Positions 1-7,955 of a stretch of DNA of 64,000 bases are shown piece after piece. The notes under the pieces were generated by a model that worked only from the letters and a program-made list of their open reading frames with translations, searched no databases and had not been told where the DNA came from. Within the stretch, counting starts at the first letter, position 1, and every line of letters begins with the position of its first letter. Both the position numbers and the translations under genes were made by a program. The stretch comes from Candidatus Cacconaster equi (GTDB lineage: Bacteria > Bacteroidota > Bacteroidia > Bacteroidales > UBA932). The stretch covers positions 5,834 to 69,833 of the forward strand of contig JAGHSK010000001.1 of assembly GCA_018065895.1 (NCBI GenBank), written 5' to 3'.

Positions 1-1
1 G

Positions 2-1873
2 AAAGGTTCGGCCACTGTCGAAATAACCGACAAAAGCGCTACCGGTGTCAGTGCCAACTTCACAAATGAGAAAGGTTCGCTGACCATTCATTTCAAGGCC
101 ACGGACAAATGGACCGCCACTGCCGTGAACGACAGAGCCGACGGGTGGCTCAGTTTCTATCCTACCAGCGGCGAAAAGGGCGAGGTGTCAATGGTGATTA
201 CAGCCAACCAGAATGACGACTATGACGGCAGGACCGCCACAGTGACGCTTACCTGCGGAGATATCAAACGCCAGATCAACATATCGCAGAAACAGAAAGA
301 TGCAATCACCCTCACAAGTTCCAAATTCGAAGTCGGACAGGAAGGCGGCCAGATCAGCATCGAAGTCAAATCGAATGTGAACTATACCTACACGATTGAC
401 GAAACTGCTAAAAGCTGGCTCAAGCCGGCTGCTACGAGAGGCCTGACAACTTCAACGGTTGCGCTTCAAGTGGATCAGAACGAAAACATCGGCAAGAGGG
501 AAGGTGGCATAACTTTCACCGACGGTACACTTTCCGAGAGAGTGACCGTATATCAGGAAGGCTACAGCCCTGAAATAATAGTATCTACAAACAGATTGGA
601 TGTCACTGCAAATGGTGGTGTCATCTCCGTTGACGTGAAGAGTAACCTCGACGTTTCATTCTCGCTTGAAGACGGATGCGATTGGGTTGAGCCTGTAATC
701 ACGAAGTCAATGTCAACGAATACCTACAAGTTCAACGTGAAAGCATATTCTGAGGTAGGCCCGAGAGCCACACAGATTTCCTTCTACAACGATGAATTCA
801 GCCTCACTGAGACGGTAAACATCATTCAGCATCAGGGAAGCATTCCTGAAAAGAAAGACGGCGTTACCCTCATACAGAAAGCCACTGTGGGCAAAGGCGT
901 GAACCTCGTGGTAATGGGAGATATGTTTACTCAGGAAATGATTGACAAAGGTGACTACGAAGCGAAACTCATAGAGGTATCTGACGGATTCTTCGCCCAC
1001 GAGCCATACCATTCACTGAGGAATATGTTCAACGTATATGTAGTGGATGTTCCATCAGAAATGACAAGCCTCGGCCACGGAGCCTTGAGATGCGACTTCG
1101 GTGACGGCACATATACCTTCGGTGATGATGAGATATGCTTCGGCTATGCCAAGAAGGCCATCAAATCGGAGGATCTGACCTTTGCAGTCGTACTCGTCAT
1201 ACTCAACTATGTAAAGCACGCAGGAACCTGCTTCATGTACTACCCTGTCGGAGATGAACAATCATTCGACTATTCTCCAGGCAAGACCATTGCATACTTC
1301 CCTATCGGAAAGAGCAAAACAGCACAGGAAGAGCTTGTAAGCCACGAGGCCGGCGGCCACGGATTCGCCAAGCTCGGCGACGAATACTACTATTCGCAGC
1401 CACCGTACAACGTTGAGATTCCGGCCAGCGATAAAAGCAAAATCATCACGATGTCTGCCTACGGATGGTACAGGAACATCGATTTTACGAATTCTTACAG
1501 TGAAGTCAAGTGGTCGAAATACATATATGACCAGCATCCGCTCTACGATGCCAGATACGAGAGTCAGAAGCTTGGAATCTTCCAGGGAGCCAACGTATAT
1601 ATGCTGGGAGTCTACAGGCCGTCAGACGACAGTATGATGCGTAACAATCATTTGGGATTCAATGCACCAAGTCGTGAAGCCATTTATTACAAAATTCACA
1701 AAGTCGCTTACGGTGACACCTGGCAGTATGACCATGCAAAATTCGTGGAATTCGACCTGTCGCACCCTGACAAGTCAATGAATGCAACCAAGGCGCCATA
1801 TGCCGCAGCCGAATCAAGTGCATACGAAATCCACCTGCCGCCTGTTCTTGTAGGCGAAGTTCCTGCTGAATGA
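2..1873 (+). CDS. Secreted multi-domain protein: BACON-like Ig repeats plus C-terminal peptidase M64 (IgA-protease-like) domain; 5' end cut by window edge
   Basis: The frame is open from nt 2, with no stop before the listed start at 125. Repeated ~85-aa modules (GGQISIEVKSN...REGGITF; GGVISVDVKSN...RATQISF) resemble BACON-type repeats. The C-terminal half has an M64-like layout (VNLVVMGDMFT, FNVYVVDV, HEAGGHGFAKLGDEY). Confidence 0.7.
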   Translation, partial: KGSATVEITDKSATGVSANFTNEKGSLTIHFKATDKWTATAVNDRADGWLSFYPTSGEKGEVSMVITANQNDDYDGRTATVTLTCGDIKRQINISQKQKDAITLTSSKFEVGQEGGQISIEVKSNVNYTYTIDETAKSWLKPAATRGLTTSTVALQVDQNENIGKREGGITFTDGTLSERVTVYQEGYSPEIIVSTNRLDVTANGGVISVDVKSNLDVSFSLEDGCDWVEPVITKSMSTNTYKFNVKAYSEVGPRATQISFYNDEFSLTETVNIIQHQGSIPEKKDGVTLIQKATVGKGVNLVVMGDMFTQEMIDKGDYEAKLIEVSDGFFAHEPYHSLRNMFNVYVVDVPSEMTSLGHGALRCDFGDGTYTFGDDEICFGYAKKAIKSEDLTFAVVLVILNYVKHAGTCFMYYPVGDEQSFDYSPGKTIAYFPIGKSKTAQEELVSHEAGGHGFAKLGDEYYYSQPPYNVEIPASDKSKIITMSAYGWYRNIDFTNSYSEVKWSKYIYDQHPLYDARYESQKLGIFQGANVYMLGVYRPSDDSMMRNNHLGFNAPSREAIYYKIHKVAYGDTWQYDHAKFVEFDLSHPDKSMNATKAPYAAAESSAYEIHLPPVLVGEVPAE

Positions 1874-2580
1874 TAGGTGTATATGATTCGGGAGAGGGTG
1901 GCAAGTCTGTTCTCAAGGAATTGGTCAGACTGATGCCTGAGGAGGATTACATCTACTATGGTGACTCCGCTTACTGCCCTTATGGCCCTAAATCACCGGA
2001 ATTCATAATCAAGAGAGCCTCTGAAATCTCTGAATATCTGATCAGCAGAGGTTGTGAAATAATAGTCGTCGCCTGCAACACTGCCACGGCGGCGGCTATT
2101 TCTTATCTTCGTGCGCACTACCCTGTCCCATTCATCGGAATGGAGCCGGCAGTCAAGCCGGCGGTCCTTCATTCGAAGAGCGGAGTGGTCGGTGTTCTGG
2201 CAACTGAAGGAACATTCAAGGGAAAGCTTTATTCCGACACTCTGGCGCGTTTTTCAGGCAACGTCAAGGTAATTGAGCAAGTTGGAACAGGCCTCGTGGA
2301 AACGGTCGAAAAAGGGGTTTTGGAAGGGCCTGAAGTTGAAGCGCTCATACACAAGTGCATTGACCCGATGATAGCCCAGGGGGCTGATCACATAGTACTG
2401 GGATGCACACATTATCCTTTCCTCCAAAGTGTGATTGAGAAAATCGCAGGTCCGTCCGTAACCGTTGTCAACCCCGCACCTGCTGTAGCCCGCCAAGCGC
2501 AGAGGGTACTGGAAGGGATAAAAAAAACAGAGCCTTCCACAAGGAAAGGCTCCGTCGAATTTATCTATTCGTCGATTTAG
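1870..2580 (+). CDS. murI: Glutamate racemase
   Basis: IGVYDSGEGG N-terminus; catalytic Cys motifs VACNTATA and GCTHYP; ATGA start/stop overlap with the upstream gene. Confidence 0.9.
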   Translation: MIGVYDSGEGGKSVLKELVRLMPEEDYIYYGDSAYCPYGPKSPEFIIKRASEISEYLISRGCEIIVVACNTATAAAISYLRAHYPVPFIGMEPAVKPAVLHSKSGVVGVLATEGTFKGKLYSDTLARFSGNVKVIEQVGTGLVETVEKGVLEGPEVEALIHKCIDPMIAQGADHIVLGCTHYPFLQSVIEKIAGPSVTVVNPAPAVARQAQRVLEGIKKTEPSTRKGSVEFIYSSI

Positions 2581-3923
2581 AGAATACCCTGCTCAAGCAT
2601 AGCCTGTGCAACCTTCATGAAACCAGCGATGTTGGCACCTTTGACATAGTCAATCTTGCCGTCCGGCTGAGTTCCGAACTTGACGCACTGCTCGTGGATT
2701 GAAGCCATGATAGTGTGGAGACGCTCGTCAACTTCCTTGCCTGACCAGCTGATGTGCTCAGCATTCTGAGTCATTTCAAGACCTGAAGTGGCAACACCAC
2801 CTGCGTTTACAGCCTTACCAGGAGCGAAGAGGAATCCCGGTACTGACTGGAAGTAGTGGATAGCGCCTGGCTGGCAACCCATGTTTGAGATCTCGCAGCA
2901 GCACCATGTTCCATTTGCAACGAGCTGTTTTGCATCCTCTTCTGAAAGTTCATTCTGGAATGCGCTTGGAAGAGCGATGTCGCATTTAACTGACCATGAT
3001 TTCTTACCGGCTGTGAAGACTGCCTTGCCTGGGAACTTGGTTGCCATATCCTCAACTTTGTTGCGGTTTGAAGCACGCATTTCGAGCATATAGTCAATCA
3101 TTTCCTTAGTGATACCGTCTTTGATTTCGCAAACGCCGTCAGGACCTGAGATAGCAACTACCTTTGCACCGAGTTCGGTGGCCTTTGTAGCAGCGCCCCA
3201 TGCTACGTTACCGAAGCCTGAGAGAGCGACTGTCTTGCCTTTGATGTCCTTGCCAGCTGTCTCGAGAACATGCTGAGTGAAATAGAGAGCGCCGAAACCG
3301 GTAGCTTCAGGACGGAGGATTGAACCACCCCAAGTCATACCCTTACCGGTAAGAACGCCTGTATGATACTGCTGAGCAAGTTTTGAATACATTCCATTGA
3401 GGAAACCGATTTCACGGCCACCAACACCTACGTCACCTGCAGGAATATCCTTGTCTGGTCCGATAGCGCGCCAGAGTTCAAGCATATAAGCCTGGCAGAA
3501 ACGCATGATTTCATCATTTGATTTTCCTACTGGATCGAAATCTGAACCGCCTTTGCCGCCGCCCATAGGGAGAGTGGTAAGAGCATTCTTGAATGTCTGC
3601 TCGAAGCCGAGGAACTTAAGCATTGAAGGTGTAACAGCCTTGTGGAAACGAAGACCTCCCTTGTAAGGACCGATAGCAGAGTTGAACTGCACGCGGTATG
3701 CAAGGTTTGTCTGAACATTACCCTTATCGTCAACCCAGGTAACGCGGAAGGTATAAATACGCTCCGGTTCTACCATACGCTCAACGATTTTTGCCTTCTC
3801 GAATTCAGGATGCTGGTTGTAAACTTCCTCGATTGAATTGAGAACCTCTTCTACTGCCTGCAAGTACTCGCTTTCACCTGGGTGCTTTGCAGCAAGGTTA
3901 GCCATAATTTCAGCTACTTTCAT
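2577..3923 (-). CDS. gdhA: NAD(P)-specific glutamate dehydrogenase
   Basis: 448 aa; catalytic-Lys region PMGGGKGGSDFDP; dinucleotide fold GFGNVAWGAA. Confidence 0.95.
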   Translation of the reverse strand: MKVAEIMANLAAKHPGESEYLQAVEEVLNSIEEVYNQHPEFEKAKIVERMVEPERIYTFRVTWVDDKGNVQTNLAYRVQFNSAIGPYKGGLRFHKAVTPSMLKFLGFEQTFKNALTTLPMGGGKGGSDFDPVGKSNDEIMRFCQAYMLELWRAIGPDKDIPAGDVGVGGREIGFLNGMYSKLAQQYHTGVLTGKGMTWGGSILRPEATGFGALYFTQHVLETAGKDIKGKTVALSGFGNVAWGAATKATELGAKVVAISGPDGVCEIKDGITKEMIDYMLEMRASNRNKVEDMATKFPGKAVFTAGKKSWSVKCDIALPSAFQNELSEEDAKQLVANGTWCCCEISNMGCQPGAIHYFQSVPGFLFAPGKAVNAGGVATSGLEMTQNAEHISWSGKEVDERLHTIMASIHEQCVKFGTQPDGKIDYVKGANIAGFMKVAQAMLEQGIL

Positions 3924-3969
3924 GATAATTCTTTAATTTATTAGGTTGGTTTATAATGTTTATGTGTTT

Positions 3970-4986
3970 CTATTCCACTTTCCATGTGGCGCCGCTGCGG
4001 AGGAGCTCATCCATACAGGTGATAGGTGATTTCTCCTTAACCTCTGCAAGCTGGTCGCGTACGCGGTCGTCATAAGTCGGCTCATGAACCTCACGAATAA
4101 CGCCAAGGGCTACAGGGAAGTCAGGGTACTTCATATTGATGAGCTGATTCTGGATAGCCGGATCCTCTGCGTGAGCGTCGTGAACGAGGAGTTTGTCAAC
4201 GGTGATGCCGTTCTCCCCTATCCTTACTACCTTCAGCTTGCCGTTCTCGAGGATGAGGCCTTTATCCTTTTCCTTTCCGAAAACCATCGGCTCGCCGTGA
4301 CGGAGAGTGATGGTACGGTCGGCGCGTACTTCGCGGTCGGAAATGGTCATATGGGCTCCGTCATTGAAAATGACGCAGTTGGTAAGCATTTCACATACTG
4401 AACATCCGTCGTGCTTTGCGGCAGAGACGAAAATCTCCTGATTGAGGGCGAGTTCGCTGTCAAGGCTGCGTGCAAAGAATGTTCCGCGAGCACCGAGGAC
4501 AAGGGAACCCGGAGTGAAAGGATTTTCAACCGTTCCGTATGGAGATGTCTTTGTAATCTGACCAAGACGTGATGTTGGAGAATACTGTCCCTTTGTAAGA
4601 CCGTAAATCTGGTTGTTGAAAAGGATTATGTTGATGTCGATGTTTCTGCGGATTGCGTGGATGAAGTGGTTTCCTCCAATTGCAAGGGCATCTCCGTCGC
4701 CACACGCCTGCCAGATGCTCAAGGTAGGGTTAGCCACCTTCATACCGGTGGAAATGGCGGTTGCACGACCGTGAATGCTATGGAATCCGTAGGTGTTCAT
4801 ATAGTATGGAAGACGTGAAGAGCAGCCGATTCCTGATACGAATACCAGGCGCTCCTTCGTATAATGCAGGTCTTCACATACCTGAGGAAGAGCTCTGTGG
4901 ATTGAAGCCAAGACTGCGTGGTCACCGCATCCCGGGCACCAGCGTACTTCCTGATTGCTTTTGAAATCTTGTGGTAAATATGCCAT
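3970..4986 (-). CDS. korB: 2-oxoglutarate/2-oxoacid:ferredoxin oxidoreductase, beta (TPP-binding) subunit
   Basis: WCPGCGDH and GIGCSSR motifs, GDGDALAIGGNH TPP-binding loop; sits 12 nt downstream of the alpha subunit. Confidence 0.9.
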   Translation of the reverse strand: MAYLPQDFKSNQEVRWCPGCGDHAVLASIHRALPQVCEDLHYTKERLVFVSGIGCSSRLPYYMNTYGFHSIHGRATAISTGMKVANPTLSIWQACGDGDALAIGGNHFIHAIRRNIDINIILFNNQIYGLTKGQYSPTSRLGQITKTSPYGTVENPFTPGSLVLGARGTFFARSLDSELALNQEIFVSAAKHDGCSVCEMLTNCVIFNDGAHMTISDREVRADRTITLRHGEPMVFGKEKDKGLILENGKLKVVRIGENGITVDKLLVHDAHAEDPAIQNQLINMKYPDFPVALGVIREVHEPTYDDRVRDQLAEVKEKSPITCMDELLRSGATWKVE

Positions 4987-4993
4987 AACTCTG

Positions 4994-4998
4994 CCTCC
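4994..4998 (-). promoter_or_regulatory. Shine-Dalgarno-like GGAGG for korB
   Basis: Minus strand reads TAA GGAGG CAGAGTT ATG: korA stop, GGAGG, 7-nt spacer, korB start. Confidence 0.45.
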
Positions 4999-6858
4999 TT
5001 ATAGAATGTTCTTTACTGCGTTTACAACCTCTTCAACGATGAACGGCTGGCCCTGAACCTTGTTGCACTGCTCATACTTGAACTGTGGCAGTTTTGCTCT
5101 GAGGTAACCGGCGAACTGGCCGCTGTTGAGCTCGCATACGATAATCTTCTTGTATCTTGCAAAGATCTCCGCAGTGTTTGCAGGCAGAGGGTTGATGAAG
5201 TCGAAATGACAGAGAGCCACACTCCTGCCCTCCTCTGAAAGAGTATTGTAGGCTGAAAGCAGGTGGCCGAAAGTTCCGCCCCATCCCACAATCAGGACAT
5301 CAGCCTTTTCAGGACCGATCACCTTCTGCTGAGGGATATAATTTGCCAGACGCGCAATCTTCTCAGCACGTTCGGCAACCATCTTTTCGTGGTTTTCAGG
5401 ATCTGATGAAATCACACCTGCAGTGTTTTTCTCAAGACCTCCGACTCTGTGTTCCAGACCCGGTGTGCCAGGGAACGCCCACTTGCGGGCAAATGTTTCA
5501 GGATCGCGTTCGAAAGGTTTGAACGGACCTTCGCATTTATTGATGATAGGAGGATTGATTGCAGGATAATCCTTCATTGAAGGAATTTTCCAAGGCTCCG
5601 AACCATTTCCGAGGAAGCCTTCTGAAAGAAGGATGACAGGCATCATATGTTCCATTGCGAATTTGCCGGCATAGAAGGCGGCATCGAAGCAATGGCTTGG
5701 GGAATGTGCTGCAATGACAGCGATAGGACATTCACCATTGCGCCCGTAAAGTGCCTGATTGAGGTCTGTCTGTTCTGTCTTGGTAGGGATACCGGTTGAC
5801 GGACCGCTTCTCTGTACGTCAACGATTACAAGAGGAAGTTCCGTAATCATTGCCAGACCGAGAGCCTCTGACTTGAGGCTCAAACCAGGGCCTGAAGTGG
5901 TGGTTACCGCCATATTCCCGGCATATGCCGCGCCGATTGCCGTGCAGATTCCGGCGATTTCATCCTCTGCCTGAAGTGTCTTCACTCCGAGGTTCTTGTG
6001 TATTGCAAGTTCCTCAAGAATGGCAGTTGCAGGGGTGATAGGATATGAACCGCAGAAAAGCGGACGTCCGCTCTTCTCTGATGCTGCGATCAGGCCCCAG
6101 GCAGTAGCCTGGTTTCCGCTGATATTGCGGTAAAGACCTTTCTCCTGCTTCGCAGGCTTGATTGTATATGTATTGGCAACTGCCTGAATATTGGACGCAT
6201 AATTGAATCCATCGAACAATACCTTCTTGTTCGGAGCAATCAGATCAGGTTTCTTCTTGAACTTCTTCTCGAGATAAGCATAGGTGTATTCAAGAGGACG
6301 ATTGAACATGAAGAAACACATTCCGAGCGTGAACATATTCTTGCACCTTACAATCGACTTCTGGTCCATTCCGCTGTCTTTCAAACTCTCTTTTGTGAGG
6401 GTTGTGATTGGGGAATAGATTATGTTGCGGTCTTCGATGCGCAGTTCAGTAATCGGGTCAAGCGTGGCGTAGCCGGCTCTCTTGATGAGTTCCTCTGTAA
6501 AAGTGTCGGTATCGATGATGATGGTTGCGGTAGCCTTCGCCCATTTTGCATTCGCGCGAAGGGCGGCAGGATTCATTGCGACAAGAACATCCGCATAGTC
6601 GCCAGGAGTGTTGACTTCAACACTGCCGACATGAACCTGAAATCCGGAAACGCCTGAAACTGTTCCGTGAGGAGCGCGGATTTCAGCCGGATAATCAGGA
6701 AAAGTGGATATTTCATTTCCGTAAAGCGCAGAAGCGTCAGCAAACAGAGTACCTGTCAGCTGCATTCCGTCGCCGGAGTCACCACAAAATCTGATTACGA
6801 CATCTTTAGTGTCAATAACGTTATGTTGCATAAGAATGTTTATAGGTTGATGATACAA
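4999..6858 (-). CDS. korA: 2-oxoglutarate/2-oxoacid:ferredoxin oxidoreductase, alpha subunit
   Basis: 619 aa; N-terminal GDSGDGMQLTG; paired with korB. The true start may be the internal ATG at 6831 (MQHNVID...). Confidence 0.9.
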   Translation of the reverse strand: MYHQPINILMQHNVIDTKDVVIRFCGDSGDGMQLTGTLFADASALYGNEISTFPDYPAEIRAPHGTVSGVSGFQVHVGSVEVNTPGDYADVLVAMNPAALRANAKWAKATATIIIDTDTFTEELIKRAGYATLDPITELRIEDRNIIYSPITTLTKESLKDSGMDQKSIVRCKNMFTLGMCFFMFNRPLEYTYAYLEKKFKKKPDLIAPNKKVLFDGFNYASNIQAVANTYTIKPAKQEKGLYRNISGNQATAWGLIAASEKSGRPLFCGSYPITPATAILEELAIHKNLGVKTLQAEDEIAGICTAIGAAYAGNMAVTTTSGPGLSLKSEALGLAMITELPLVIVDVQRSGPSTGIPTKTEQTDLNQALYGRNGECPIAVIAAHSPSHCFDAAFYAGKFAMEHMMPVILLSEGFLGNGSEPWKIPSMKDYPAINPPIINKCEGPFKPFERDPETFARKWAFPGTPGLEHRVGGLEKNTAGVISSDPENHEKMVAERAEKIARLANYIPQQKVIGPEKADVLIVGWGGTFGHLLSAYNTLSEEGRSVALCHFDFINPLPANTAEIFARYKKIIVCELNSGQFAGYLRAKLPQFKYEQCNKVQGQPFIVEEVVNAVKNIL

Positions 6859-6864
6859 TTCAAG

Positions 6865-7422
6865 CTATTTGGTCTCTTCAGGAGTTGCAAACTGTGTAGG
6901 AGCAATTTTTTCTGCCGGGATACCAAGTTCCTTCTTCACGAGCGGAAGAAGATTCATGCTCTTGGCTTCATCAAAATAGATAAGAGCGCCGACTGCAAGG
7001 TCGTAAACATAGGTAAGGTCGTTTGCCTTTGCAATCTTTGTGATGGCATCCTGAGCCTTCTTAACAACCGGAGCCATAAGTTCCTGCTGCATCTGGCCCA
7101 TGTCCTGCTGAGCTGACTGCTGGAACTGCTGGATGCGCTGTATGAGTTCCTGGATGTCTCTCTCCTTTGATTCACGGACTACCGGAGCCCATTCACCCTG
7201 CTTTCTCTGATATTCAGCGAGTTTTGTATTGTACTCATCCTGCATTCCTGAAAGAGTCTCATCGAGGTCCTTTGCATAGGCCTGAATCTTGACAATGGCG
7301 GAATCCCTGTCCGACATCAAGGATACGAGTTCCTGAGTGTTGATGTGACCGCATTTGCCCTGAGCATTGGCAGCTACACCGAAAGCGAAAACACAAATGA
7401 ATAGCAGTAAAATCTTTTTCAT
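6865..7422 (-). CDS. OmpH/Skp-family periplasmic chaperone
   Basis: Signal peptide (MKKILLLFICVFAFGVAANA), Q/E/K-rich coiled coil, 185 aa; second of two tandem copies downstream of bamA. Confidence 0.8.
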   Translation of the reverse strand: MKKILLLFICVFAFGVAANAQGKCGHINTQELVSLMSDRDSAIVKIQAYAKDLDETLSGMQDEYNTKLAEYQRKQGEWAPVVRESKERDIQELIQRIQQFQQSAQQDMGQMQQELMAPVVKKAQDAITKIAKANDLTYVYDLAVGALIYFDEAKSMNLLPLVKKELGIPAEKIAPTQFATPEETK

Positions 7423-7431
7423 GTCAATTTA

Positions 7432-7944
7432 TTATTTTAAAGTATCATATATCTGAAGAACAATTTCCGTGATGTCCTTTGCACCCTCGCTGTAGACAAC
7501 GCTCTGGGCGATTGCCAGATCGACAACCATAGCATATCCTCCTGTCAGGGCGGCCGCCTTGATGGAAGCATCCACCTTTTCCTTTATCGGAAGAAGGAGT
7601 TCATCACTCTTTTTTGACATTATGCCATCTTCTCCGAAGTATATCTTCTCTTTCTCCTGAGTTGATTTTTCGCGCGAGAGAATTTCATTTTCAGCAGCGC
7701 TGCGCTGAGAAGCCGTCAAAGTATACTTCTTCTGCTGATAATCGTTGTAGAGCTTTTCGATCTCATCGACCTCGCTTTGTATCGCGGCTTTATATTTCTC
7801 ATTCAGAGATGCCAGTTCATCCTGAGCCGCCACATAAGCGGGAATGCTCTTGAGCAGTTTCTCAGTGTTGATTGTAACTATTGTCTGGGCTCCGGCCGAA
7901 ATGAACGGAAGTATAAGAAGCAGTGAAACAAAAAACTTTTTCAT
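7432..7944 (-). CDS. OmpH/Skp-family periplasmic chaperone
   Basis: Signal peptide, coiled-coil composition, 170 aa; lies immediately downstream of bamA. Confidence 0.8.
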   Translation of the reverse strand: MKKFFVSLLLILPFISAGAQTIVTINTEKLLKSIPAYVAAQDELASLNEKYKAAIQSEVDEIEKLYNDYQQKKYTLTASQRSAAENEILSREKSTQEKEKIYFGEDGIMSKKSDELLLPIKEKVDASIKAAALTGGYAMVVDLAIAQSVVYSEGAKDITEIVLQIYDTLK

Positions 7945-7955
7945 ATTCGCTGATT

